Shown one piece after another: positions 1 to 8,770 of a DNA stretch of 49,767 nucleotides. The notes beneath the pieces were generated by a model, which worked only from the letters and a program-made list of their open reading frames with translations, made no database searches and had not been told where the DNA came from. The position numbers and the translations under genes were made by a program. The stretch is from a virus: positions 1 through 49,767 of IMG/VR virus record IMGVR_UViG_3300014968_000003; one strand, given 5' to 3'. How positions within the stretch are numbered: position 1 is the first letter of the stretch; each line of letters opens with the position of its first letter.

Positions 1-123
1 CGGCTACGGCTCCGGCTCCGGCGACGGCTCCGGCGACGGCAAAGGATAAAAACATTTAGTCCAAGTGACTTTAAGCAAAGGTAAATACACACAATGGCAG
101 ATCGCGTATCAATCACAAGTCCC
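1..123. repeat. Terminal redundancy: identical to 49645-49767. Indicates assembly overlap of a circular or circularly permuted genome.
   Basis: Base-by-base comparison of both ends. The repeat covers the end of the GGC-NNC tract, the spacer, and the first 30 nt of the ORF at 94 (= 49738). Confidence 0.9.
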
Positions 124-1062
124 GTAGCTCGCATGGTTGCGGGAAGTCTCTATAAAGCCGTCGATAAGGATTTCGATGGTAACCCACTTAAGTACAAAAC
201 CGGCCCGAAGGCAGGTCAGGAGCGAGTTGAATATTACTTCGCCGTCGCTATTCCAAAGACGAAATCAAACTGGTGGGAAGAGCCGTGGGGAGCGACAATT
301 CTTCAGGTCGGAGCTCAGAGTTTCCCGCAAGGCTATCAGCGAAAAGACTTCGCTTGGAAGATCACTGACGGCGATTCGACTGAATTGAACAAGCGTAACA
401 AGCGCCCTTGCGATAACGAAGGATACAAGGGACATTGGGTGCTGAATCTTCGTGGCGGACATGCGCCGAAGACCTATCGCATGGTCAACAACGAACCGAT
501 TCCGATGGCTGAGGGCGATCAGATCAAACCCGGCTATTACGTCCAGGTCGCTTTCAACGTCGAAGGGAATGGAAACCAGAACAATCCTGGCGTTTACCTG
601 AATCATTCGATGGTCTGTCTACGCGGATATGGACCTGAAATCCTTGCCGGCCCTGACGTAAAGGATGCAGGCTTCGGAGGCGGTGCGCTACCGGCAGGCG
701 CTTCTGACGCCCCTTTAGCTGTCAGCAGCCCATTCCCGCCCGCTGCATCGTCTGCCACCAACCTACCGGCTGCGCCCATCCCTGCCCCTTCTGTCGCAGT
801 GGTGCCCAACCCCGGTTTTTTGCAAGTACCCCCGCCATCAACCCCCCTTTCTGGTGTGAGTATGAGCGCAGGTGGTGTAATCCCGCCCGCGAGTGCACCT
901 GCGTCCCCTTCTAATCTTCCGTCACCGCCAGCACCACCAGCTCCGAGCGGTCCTATCTATCTCATGACGGCCCAGGCTGGCAACTACACTCGCGAGCAAT
1001 ATAACGCTCAAGGTTGGAGCGATGCACAACTCATTCAAGCTGGCTACATGACGCAGCAGTAA
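94..1062 (+). CDS. ssDNA-binding protein, T7 gp2.5 / DUF2815-like OB-fold core, followed by a ~130-aa Pro/Ala/Ser-rich linker and a short C-terminal module
   Basis: ATG start. The core motifs GYYVQVAFNVEG...GVYLNHSMVCLRGYGPEI resemble DUF2815 SSBs. It sits next to a DUF2800-like nuclease and a DNA polymerase, which is the usual module. Confidence 0.55.
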   Translation: MADRVSITSPVARMVAGSLYKAVDKDFDGNPLKYKTGPKAGQERVEYYFAVAIPKTKSNWWEEPWGATILQVGAQSFPQGYQRKDFAWKITDGDSTELNKRNKRPCDNEGYKGHWVLNLRGGHAPKTYRMVNNEPIPMAEGDQIKPGYYVQVAFNVEGNGNQNNPGVYLNHSMVCLRGYGPEILAGPDVKDAGFGGGALPAGASDAPLAVSSPFPPAASSATNLPAAPIPAPSVAVVPNPGFLQVPPPSTPLSGVSMSAGGVIPPASAPASPSNLPSPPAPPAPSGPIYLMTAQAGNYTREQYNAQGWSDAQLIQAGYMTQQ

Positions 1063-1066
1063 CCAA

Positions 1067-1183
1067 TCGTCCCTGCCACTGTCTCAGGCGGCAAGACCGT
1101 TGATTCGTACCTTGAGAGCGGTAGGTCTGCGGGTAATCAGATTCACCGAAAGCAGCCTCAAGCGACTGGCAGGGCAGGGACGA
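1067..1183 (+). other. Long-range stem in the SSB-ParB intergenic region: an 11-bp perfect helix, TCGTCCCTGCC (1067-1077) with GGCAGGGACGA (1173-1183), enclosing ~95 nt
   Basis: Reverse-complement match read directly. There is an inner helix GCA(A)GACC / GGTCTGC. No U-run follows. Confidence 0.3.
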
Positions 1184-1212
1184 ATAATCACTATCAGAAA
1201 GGACATCAGACA

Positions 1213-2046
1213 ATGGCTGTTGAATTTAATGTGAAGGCGACTCGTGGAACGATCTACGAGTTCTACCCCGATGAAATCGAAGTGCGTGAAGAACTGAACG
1301 GTCGGCAAGATAAGCCTGACATTGAATGGCTAATCGCCGATATCATCTCGCAGGGTCAGATCCAACCTTGTGGAGTTTGGAGCGACGGCGGTACGCCCGT
1401 TCTCTCTTACGGATTCTCGCGCTGGCGTGCGCTTTCTGAAATCAACCGCCGCAAACTGACTCCAGAGGCGATGAAGCTCAAGTGCTCTTACTTCAAGACC
1501 AATGAGCAAGGGGCTTTCGTCCGCAACATTTCTGAAAATCGAATGCGGAATGAGACGACACCGATTGATGACGCTCACAATATTCAGCGACTGGTTGGAT
1601 GGGGTCTGACAGAGACTCGAATCGCCGCTATCTACTTCCCTACAGCGGCCACTGAAGCGGAACTCGTGGAAGCGGTAAAGTGGATCAATGATCGTCTCAA
1701 ACTCATCTCCTTATCTCCTGAAGCTGAGATCGCCGTCAAGTCTGGTCGAATCAAGAAAGAGTCAGCGGCCCAAGCGATTGCGAAACTGAAGAGTTCGCAA
1801 CAGAAGGCGCTGCTGAAGAGCAAGCCGGAAGGCGAGATCACCGCAAAGGACGTGAAGGCTTTCCTTGGTTCTAGCAAACCAGAGAAGCCAAAGATCTGGA
1901 AGAATGATCCGGAGCTTATGCGCCGTCTCACTTTGGTGCTGGAATCCGCCGACTTTGAAGCTTACGATGAGAGCGTCCATACACTGATCGAAGTGAATGC
2001 CGAAGCGCTGGCGGCACTCAAGAATTACGTAATGCCGGGAGAGTGA
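1213..2046 (+). CDS. ParB N-terminal (ParB/sulfiredoxin-like nuclease) domain protein
   Basis: ATG start. Motifs: PDEIEVREELNGR...IEWLIADIISQGQIQPCGVW...LSYGFSRWRAL, a ParB-box-like G..R..A. Confidence 0.65.
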   Translation: MAVEFNVKATRGTIYEFYPDEIEVREELNGRQDKPDIEWLIADIISQGQIQPCGVWSDGGTPVLSYGFSRWRALSEINRRKLTPEAMKLKCSYFKTNEQGAFVRNISENRMRNETTPIDDAHNIQRLVGWGLTETRIAAIYFPTAATEAELVEAVKWINDRLKLISLSPEAEIAVKSGRIKKESAAQAIAKLKSSQQKALLKSKPEGEITAKDVKAFLGSSKPEKPKIWKNDPELMRRLTLVLESADFEAYDESVHTLIEVNAEALAALKNYVMPGE

Positions 2047-4046
2047 TGATCCCCACCCCACCATCCGCCAAGCCCGTAGCGTTCTATGATACGGAGTGCT
2101 ATCGCAACTATTGGGTGCTGAAGATTCAAGTTCAGAACGGACCCATCTTCAGCTTCCGATTGCGTTCCGGACAAAGTTTCAGTCAAGCCGATAAAATACG
2201 CATCGCTGATCTATTCGCGATGTTCTGCGTCATCAGTTTCAACGGCATTTATTACGATGTACCGATGCTATGCGCGGCCCTTGCAGGCTTCTCTTGCGAG
2301 CAACTAAAGTGGCTATCAGACGAGATCATCGTCAATAAACGCAAACCCTGGGAGTTGAATCTTCCACTTCAGTGGGAACCTGCCGATCACATCGACATCA
2401 TGAACGTGCTGCCAGGGGAAGGTAGTGCCAAGCAATATGCAGCGCGGATCCACGCAAAGACAATCAAAGATTTACCTTTTGAACCTGACCAATGGCTTTC
2501 TGATGTCGAAATTGCTGAACTCGATGCATATTGCGAACTTGATTTAACCAACCTTGAACTAAAGTACGAAGCTATCGAACCTCAGCGCATCATTCGAGAT
2601 CATGACAGCAAACGATATGGCCTCGATCTTCGCTCCAAGTCTGACGCACAGCTCGCAGAAGCCGTCATCAAACGTCGATGTGAGGAAGCTCTAGGACAAC
2701 GCATATTCAAGCCTGAGATCGATTGGAATATGCAGTTCCGTTACGACCCTCCGAAGTGGATTGGCTTCGATATCCCTCAGCTTCAGGCCGCTTTGCGATC
2801 AATCGAATCGGCGGTATTCGGACTCGGTGCAAACGGTATGGTCGATATGCCGCCACAGCTTAAAGGGCTGGAGATTCCACTGGGGGAGGCAGTCTATCGA
2901 CTCGGCATTGGTGGCCTCCACAGTTCGGAAAAGTGTGTATCCTATCGAGCCGACGATACATGGCTGTTGAACGATATCGACGTTGAAAGCTATTACCCTA
3001 ACCTGATTCTTCTATCAGGCGAGTTCCCCGCAGCCCTCGGGCCCGTCTTCCTTGAAATTCTCGGAAGCATGAAGGATGAGCGTCTCGGCTCAAAGAAGCT
3101 GGAGCGAATTCTATCCGAACGCGGTGATACTTCGAGCTCTGAATTCAAGATTGCTCACGTTGAGAACGAAGGCGGCAAGGTCAAAATCAACGGTACGTTC
3201 GGAAAAACAGGATCTCCCTTCTCGATTCTCTTTGCACCGAAGATGATGATTCAGACCACCATCACAGGGCAGCTATCCTTGCTGATGTTGATCGAATGGC
3301 ATGAGCTTTACGGCATCCAGGTAATATCCGCCAATACTGACGGTTTGGTGATTCACGTCCGGCGCGATCAGGAATATCTAAGTCAGCATTTGATCGAACA
3401 GTGGCAGATACGAACCGGCCTTAAGATGGAGAAAACCAGTTACAGCGCAATGTACATGCGAGATGTGAACAACTACTTCGCCGTCAAGATCAAAGGTGGA
3501 GTGAAGCGCAAAGGTGAGTATAGTAAATCCGGCCTCATTGAAAAGAAGAATCCCGATGTTGAGATTTGCTCCGATGCCGTAGCCGATTTCCTTGAGAAAG
3601 GAACTCCGATTTTATGGACAATAGCGACTTGCCGCGATATTCGAAAGTTCGTCACGGTGCAGAAGGTCGCCGGTGGAGCTGTAAAGATGTGGGGAGAAGG
3701 TCCGCAATTCAAACTGGTGCGAGATATGATCCCGGTGCTTGAGGCGAACGGATGGGAACGTCGAGGGCGAAAGTGGTTTAAAGAATCGGTGGAGTATGAC
3801 GCAACTACCGCTTATGCCGCCTGCTTTCCACCGCAGCATCCTGACTATGTGGGCAAAGTGATCCGATGGTATTATGGCGTCAATTCGCCAGGCCCGATCG
3901 TTTACAAAAACTCAGGGAACATGGTTGGACTCAGTTACGGTGCGCAACCCTGCATGACGCTGCCGGATGAGTTTCCCTCAGACATCGATTACGCTTGGTA
4001 CGTTCGCCGCTGCCAGCAGATATTGGAGGATGTAGGATATGCCTAA
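2046..4046 (+). CDS. Family B DNA polymerase with 3'-5' exonuclease domain
   Basis: Exo I FYDTE; Exo III YCELD; motif A DVESYYPNLIL; motif B KINGTFGKTG; motif C SANTDGLVI. The ATG at 2046 overlaps the upstream TGA. The track start at 2043 is GTG. Confidence 0.8.
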   Translation: MIPTPPSAKPVAFYDTECYRNYWVLKIQVQNGPIFSFRLRSGQSFSQADKIRIADLFAMFCVISFNGIYYDVPMLCAALAGFSCEQLKWLSDEIIVNKRKPWELNLPLQWEPADHIDIMNVLPGEGSAKQYAARIHAKTIKDLPFEPDQWLSDVEIAELDAYCELDLTNLELKYEAIEPQRIIRDHDSKRYGLDLRSKSDAQLAEAVIKRRCEEALGQRIFKPEIDWNMQFRYDPPKWIGFDIPQLQAALRSIESAVFGLGANGMVDMPPQLKGLEIPLGEAVYRLGIGGLHSSEKCVSYRADDTWLLNDIDVESYYPNLILLSGEFPAALGPVFLEILGSMKDERLGSKKLERILSERGDTSSSEFKIAHVENEGGKVKINGTFGKTGSPFSILFAPKMMIQTTITGQLSLLMLIEWHELYGIQVISANTDGLVIHVRRDQEYLSQHLIEQWQIRTGLKMEKTSYSAMYMRDVNNYFAVKIKGGVKRKGEYSKSGLIEKKNPDVEICSDAVADFLEKGTPILWTIATCRDIRKFVTVQKVAGGAVKMWGEGPQFKLVRDMIPVLEANGWERRGRKWFKESVEYDATTAYAACFPPQHPDYVGKVIRWYYGVNSPGPIVYKNSGNMVGLSYGAQPCMTLPDEFPSDIDYAWYVRRCQQILEDVGYA

Positions 4047-4467
4047 GCTATCTCACGGCACTCACATCCATCGCAAAGGCTATCCTCGCTTATCTGCCGG
4101 CGTCTGTCGTGACAAGTACGTCCACATCCTAGTTGCCGAAGGAATGATGGGCAGACCTCTTGAGCCGTGGGAAGAAGTACATCACAAGGATGGAGATCGA
4201 TCAAATCCCAGGTGGACCAATCTGATCGTCATCGACAAGGTGAAACATAGCGAGATCAGCCGCCGACAACAGATTCATCAGGCTGGTGGAATGGAGCAAG
4301 CACTTGCCGCCGCTTTAGCTTACCGGGAAATCATGGGGAGAGGATATGAAGAGATGGAAGTGCCTGAACTGTCAGACGACGGTAATGAGGATGGATTCTC
4401 AGATACCTCGTTCCTGCCGGAAGTGTTACTCGGGCAGGGCATGGATGAAAGAGATTTGGAGCAGTGA
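4039..4467 (+). CDS. HNH endonuclease
   Basis: HHKDGDRSNPRWTNLIVIDKVKH motif. The ATG overlaps the end of the polymerase gene. Confidence 0.85.
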   Translation: MPKLSHGTHIHRKGYPRLSAGVCRDKYVHILVAEGMMGRPLEPWEEVHHKDGDRSNPRWTNLIVIDKVKHSEISRRQQIHQAGGMEQALAAALAYREIMGRGYEEMEVPELSDDGNEDGFSDTSFLPEVLLGQGMDERDLEQ

Positions 4468-4540
4468 GGAGCGTCTTATAGTAACTGAGGTAGGGGGAAG
4501 TAGCTTTGAGGCTGCTCCAAGCTAAGTAAAGCGTTTTATC

Positions 4541-5194
4541 TTAAGGCGTATGGCGAGCTACGGCAGCCGAAATATCCCACAATTCCCCCATTCGCTTTAC
4601 TGGCCACATGTACCAGGGAATAGGCTTCAGATAATCAGCCGTCACCTTGTCTGTAACCTTGCGAGCGTCCGCCGTGATTCCCGCTGCTGATCCTGTTACG
4701 TCTCGAACATTTCCGAGAGTCGCCGCAAGGTCTGGTTGATCCTGAGCCATGTAGGTTCGAAAGTCTGTTACCGCTCCGTTGGCGTTCTCAATTGCCGGAG
4801 GTAAGGTGCGGAGGACTGCCGGAATCGCGTCTGTAGCCGTACGTGCTGAGTCCAGAAGCGGCCCTACAGCCTGCATCTGCCTATTGGCGACCCCTACAGC
4901 CTCCGTAACGCTTCCGAGCGTACCTTGAGCAGCTCTGAGCGTTCCGTCTATTGTTCCGAGAGTCCTATCGAGATGCCACATCTCCGCGCGGAGGTCTCGC
5001 TCGATCGCAGCGACAGATTGAACTTGCTGTTTACTGGCGTTCGCCCATGCACCAGTGGCCGCATCGATATGGCTTACGGTGCTGTTGAGATCCGGAATCT
5101 TAGGAAGAGTGAGAACTCGATATCCGATCGCAGACAAAGCAAAGGCCCCAGCCGCAGCTAGGGCCCATGCGCGTGTCTCGCTTTGCCAGGTCAT
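4541..5194 (-). CDS. N-terminally membrane-anchored protein with a long helical ectodomain, function unknown. It is the last gene of the late operon and an i-spanin/lysis-accessory candidate.
   Basis: TM segment AWALAAAGAFALSAIGY. The ATG at 5194 lies one base after the upstream TAA. The track start at 5245 is TTG. Confidence 0.5.
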   Translation of the reverse strand: MTWQSETRAWALAAAGAFALSAIGYRVLTLPKIPDLNSTVSHIDAATGAWANASKQQVQSVAAIERDLRAEMWHLDRTLGTIDGTLRAAQGTLGSVTEAVGVANRQMQAVGPLLDSARTATDAIPAVLRTLPPAIENANGAVTDFRTYMAQDQPDLAATLGNVRDVTGSAAGITADARKVTDKVTADYLKPIPWYMWPVKRMGELWDISAAVARHTP

Positions 5195-5195
5195 T

Positions 5196-5621
5196 TTAGG
5201 TTGCCGAAGGCGTTGGCTGAGGGAAGTTTGCCAAGAGTGCAGCAAATTCTTTGAGCACTTTGTTTACGAGAGCGACGCTTGCCGGATTGGTAATGTGTCC
5301 TGCCGTAAGTGCGGCAGCCAGATTGTTTTGAATTGAGGCGATCATCGAAGCTGCGGAAGGCGTCGGGCCGGCGTCCGTAATGACAGCGCGCACAACCGTA
5401 ATATCCTGAATTGATTCCGAAATGACGCTTTGCACCTCACCTGAAACCGCACTTCCGGCGATAGGTTGCAAAAGAGTGACCAGAACAGGCCCAGCATAAG
5501 CGAGGGTGGTATCGGCGATTTGCAGGAATGTTGGGGCTTCACCAAGAATCTTGGTTACTTCGTTTTTTGCCCAATTACAGAACGTATGTTCTGCATTCTT
5601 CAATTCAATGAGAAAACTCAT
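5196..5621 (-). CDS. Hypothetical protein
   Basis: ATG preceded by a strong GGAGG Shine-Dalgarno (cctcc at 5627-5631). Confidence 0.6.
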   Translation of the reverse strand: MSFLIELKNAEHTFCNWAKNEVTKILGEAPTFLQIADTTLAYAGPVLVTLLQPIAGSAVSGEVQSVISESIQDITVVRAVITDAGPTPSAASMIASIQNNLAAALTAGHITNPASVALVNKVLKEFAALLANFPQPTPSAT

Positions 5622-5644
5622 TTTAACCTCCGTTGACGATTAAG

Positions 5645-5833
5645 AGAAGTGCGACGATTAAATGGTGCTGGTTCCTTTTGCCCGCTGAGGAAGGACTTGA
5701 ACCTTCAATGGAACACCGTTCCGAGCCCAGCCGCCCGCCATCTGTTAATTCAGACTGACGTCCCATATTAAGACCTGTTCAATCTCTCAGGGTGCGTATG
5801 CCAATTCCGCCACTCGTCAATCGCCGCACTTCT
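5645..5833 (-). ncRNA. Structured tRNA-like RNA element. It is not a canonical tRNA: a D-arm-like hairpin, a class-II-variable-arm-like hairpin and a canonical T arm are enclosed by a 17-bp closing helix.
   Basis: Arms 5645-5661 and 5817-5833 pair 17/17 in the minus sense (two G.U pairs). T arm GAAGG-TTCAAGT-CCTTC is the reverse complement of 5690-5706. GGAAC-GGT-GTTCC is 5710-5722. GCG-GAATTGGCATA-CGC is 5794-5810. No 5-7-5 anticodon arm could be built. Confidence 0.4.
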
Positions 5834-5853
5834 AGTTGACGATTGTATCAAAA

Positions 5854-6144
5854 CTACTGAGCGTGAGGAAAGAAAATCACTTTGATGAGAAAGCCAATCA
5901 CAGCGATTGCAGAGCCGTAGCTCATCACAAGACCTTTATTCAAAAGAGAATCATATTTCTGAAATTTCGCGTCTGTCATTTTCTCCATCCTTTCTTGAGA
6001 ATCTTCCAGTAATGCGAGTCTGGTAGTAACCGAAGGGTTGTCTTTCCCCTTTCCTTGATACATATCCGTTTTCAATTCACGAACGTCTGAGATCAACTCT
6101 GCATATTCATTCACCTCAGGCCCCCAGATATTCGATTTGGCCAT
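5854..6144 (-). CDS. Small C-terminally membrane-anchored coiled-coil protein (holin/lysis or fibre-assembly candidate)
   Basis: C-terminal TM MSYGSAIAVIGFLIKVIFF. ATG at 6144; the track start at 6201 is TTG. Overlaps the fibre gene end by 29 nt. No clear RBS. Confidence 0.4.
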   Translation of the reverse strand: MAKSNIWGPEVNEYAELISDVRELKTDMYQGKGKDNPSVTTRLALLEDSQERMEKMTDAKFQKYDSLLNKGLVMSYGSAIAVIGFLIKVIFFPHAQ

Positions 6145-6958
6145 ACACGTAAGCTTGAGAACTGCCGCTTGCTGTTCCTGCAAGCGTAGATGCACCGACA
6201 AGCATTCGAGCGTCTAATGTATCGCTGATCGCACAGGCGATAATAGCGCTGAAGGAATAGGCCATATCTCCATCTGAAACTTGAGGATATTCGTTACAAA
6301 GTCGTGCGAGACTTCCGTTTTTGAAAATTTGAGTACCTGCGAGTTGTCCGGCAGGGGCAGGGAGATAGATTGATCCACTGAAACGGTACTTGCCCGCCCA
6401 CGGTGCCTGAAAGTTCTTATTGGTGCCATTCCAGAGCCCGAAACTATCGAACTCTACCGTATCCCAAAGAACCTTCGATACTCCGCTCACCAAAGTCTGT
6501 TGAGCGCTTGCGTAAACTGAAGCTACTTGAGCAATGCCGGCAGACTGAAGTACCCATCCCGCTCCACCAGTATCGGGATTAGTAATGTTGTTATCGACCG
6601 TCGAAATCCAAAAACCAAGTCCAGAAGCGGCTATCAGACGAGCGCCTTTTGGATAACCACCAACAGCACTGGAAAAAGCAGAATCGTAAAGAAAAGACGC
6701 TCCCGCATTATTCCACACAACGGGAGCGGATATTTGATTCAACGCCCCGTTCATATCAAGCCCGCTCATGACAACCCCGCCGCCCGTGATTGGAGTCATG
6801 GTGGTGGGAGGGAAACCATCATTGAAACTAGCAGCACCAGGAGTTATGCCGATTTGGGAAGGGACCGGGACGGTACGTTTACCACCATAGCCACCGGACG
6901 GAGCAGCATTTACCGCAAAGGGCTCTACGATTTTGGCTGGTGCTCCGCTTAATTGCAT
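6116..6958 (-). CDS. Tail fibre protein with a C-terminal C1q/TNF-like globular head
   Basis: The ATG at 6958 lies one base after the upstream TGA; the track start is TTG. The C-terminal pattern VEFDS...FQAPWAGKYRFSGSIYL...IFKNGS...SFSAII...SDTLDARM...GQIEYLG fits a C1q jelly roll. Confidence 0.6.
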   Translation of the reverse strand: MQLSGAPAKIVEPFAVNAAPSGGYGGKRTVPVPSQIGITPGAASFNDGFPPTTMTPITGGGVVMSGLDMNGALNQISAPVVWNNAGASFLYDSAFSSAVGGYPKGARLIAASGLGFWISTVDNNITNPDTGGAGWVLQSAGIAQVASVYASAQQTLVSGVSKVLWDTVEFDSFGLWNGTNKNFQAPWAGKYRFSGSIYLPAPAGQLAGTQIFKNGSLARLCNEYPQVSDGDMAYSFSAIIACAISDTLDARMLVGASTLAGTASGSSQAYVYGQIEYLGA

Positions 6959-6959
6959 T

Positions 6960-7520
6960 TCAAACCCCTTCTGAGAATATCCCAAAACCCATTGTAGTCA
7001 CCCAAGGTTGCCCCATTTCAGCGAATCCAATGAAAGGATAATCTCCCGATTGAATCCCGACTCGAACACCAGAAGGATTCAAGAAAATTGTAGATTGCTG
7101 AAGAATCAAAAGTTGAATCGAAGTAAGAGGGAATTCAAAATTATAGACCATCGTCATTCCCCCAGTGTCTAGTACATACGCTCTGCTTCCCGCCCCAAGC
7201 CAATTCTGTAGAAGCTGATTAATGGCCGGTGAACTCGGATAAAGGATGTTGCTGAGAGCCTTCAACATGATGAGAGAGCGGAATGTATCGGCATCGTTCA
7301 AGTAAGTTCCAAGAGCAACGATTAGAGACTGAGGAATACCAACAATTCGACTCCAGATCGAAAGTCCGAAAATATTGGCTGTTGCAACGTTGAAGATGGC
7401 GTTATAGAAACCGTCAATATCTTTCGATGGGTCAATATTCGCGTTCATCCCATTGACGATCGCAAGGATGCGCGGAGAGTTGCCATATTCGCTTTGAATC
7501 GTCTGTTCAACGTTGACCAT
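6960..7520 (-). CDS. Baseplate wedge subunit in the Mu gp48 / P2 gpI position (DUF2612-like)
   Basis: TAATG coupling with the upstream baseplate J gene, plus position and size. Confidence 0.5.
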   Translation of the reverse strand: MVNVEQTIQSEYGNSPRILAIVNGMNANIDPSKDIDGFYNAIFNVATANIFGLSIWSRIVGIPQSLIVALGTYLNDADTFRSLIMLKALSNILYPSSPAINQLLQNWLGAGSRAYVLDTGGMTMVYNFEFPLTSIQLLILQQSTIFLNPSGVRVGIQSGDYPFIGFAEMGQPWVTTMGFGIFSEGV

Positions 7521-8770
7521 TAGATGTAACTCACCGTGATGTTGCTTGCGCTGATACTAGGAGTCTGATCGATTCCAACTTGGGCCTGCTCTCCAGTTGG
7601 AGATGCTGTTGTTCCTACCTGTACTCCCAAAAGTGTCACATAACTGCCGATGTTAGAAACGACTGCGTAATATTGAGCTGCAATCACGCTTCCGCCGATG
7701 CGAGCCCTTGCGTTTCCGTTCTGCCCATTGAACTGAGCGATGATTGCATTTTTGATGAGAGTAGTTAGATTCGCCGGCAGGTTCGGGGAGTTTACCACTT
7801 GAACGGCGAAGTAGATGGGCAAACCGACAGGTCGAATGAAGCTGACCTGATACTGTGGCTGAGGAAAGCTATAGGTAGTATCGCTAACCGTTTGAGTGCT
7901 AACCGTCCCATGTCCAGGAACCGGCGATTGCCCCACTGGATAAGCGGAGTAATCGCAACCATCATCTTTTTTGCTCCAGATAGCCTGGGCAACTTGAGCA
8001 TCGATTCCACCAACGACTGCTACGTAAACCGAATGTGGCGCGAGAGGATAGTTCGAAGCTCCGTAATTCACTTCAATGCCAGCAGGATTATCGATCACAA
8101 AACAATCAAGAACATTGTTAATCTCAAACACTGAAGCATAGATCGCCTGATTCGTCCCCCGCCCATTGATAGCAACTGAATTCTGTCGACGAAACTCAAA
8201 ATCAGCGCGGCTTTCAACCACATTGCCAATAATCCCGTCTGAGGGATTCGTGATCGTATCCCAGCCGTTGATCTGCTGATAGACCTTCGTCAACGTTCCA
8301 GCAGAGCAAGCGATAGCGCCCGTCGCCTGATTCTGCCACTGGCTTGTAACCGTCCCGCCGCTACCGATGGTGACACTTGTCAACAGCACATACGTGTTGC
8401 CGCTCTGATCCTGCGCCAGCGTGCCGGCAGGGATTGGAGTACCTGAGATGCCCCCAAGGGTGCAAGTAACCGCCGTGGCTTGCGCAGGCTTGCGCGTGAG
8501 GAAGTAGATTCGAGCTAAGGCGTCCTGAAATCGACCGCTGGCATATTGAGGATCGAACTGATTGGCGAGGTAGAGAATCTGTCCGTCTTTGTCTGCAATG
8601 ATCGCCGATTCGCTTGACGCTACCTGCCCCTGTGGAGTTGTCAGCCCAGGACCGAGAACGCCTCCGAAAGCAGAATTAATATCAGCTTGAGTGCCGGCGA
8701 GAATAGCGGACTCTTGTGGGACAATAACCCCGGCGTCTTCGAATTGGATCTGAGGTACGCTAGTCGCCAT
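7520..8770 (-). CDS. Baseplate J-like protein (Mu gp47 / P2 gpJ family)
   Basis: Size, position and N-terminal similarity pattern (QIQFED...LAGTQADINSAFGG...DALARIYFLTRKPA). Confidence 0.75.
   Translation of the reverse strand: MATSVPQIQFEDAGVIVPQESAILAGTQADINSAFGGVLGPGLTTPQGQVASSESAIIADKDGQILYLANQFDPQYASGRFQDALARIYFLTRKPAQATAVTCTLGGISGTPIPAGTLAQDQSGNTYVLLTSVTIGSGGTVTSQWQNQATGAIACSAGTLTKVYQQINGWDTITNPSDGIIGNVVESRADFEFRRQNSVAINGRGTNQAIYASVFEINNVLDCFVIDNPAGIEVNYGASNYPLAPHSVYVAVVGGIDAQVAQAIWSKKDDGCDYSAYPVGQSPVPGHGTVSTQTVSDTTYSFPQPQYQVSFIRPVGLPIYFAVQVVNSPNLPANLTTLIKNAIIAQFNGQNGNARARIGGSVIAAQYYAVVSNIGSYVTLLGVQVGTTASPTGEQAQVGIDQTPSISASNITVSYI

Noticed and set aside
5660-5820. Canonical tRNA gene (Leu/Ser-type), or an attP site carrying a tRNA 3' half
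   Set aside because: The T arm and a D-arm-like hairpin are convincing. However, no 5-7-5 anticodon arm can be drawn, the unit would be about 150 nt, and the acceptor halves mispair. The attP idea lacks any integrase or recombinase gene in the genome. It is kept as a tRNA-like structured RNA finding instead.
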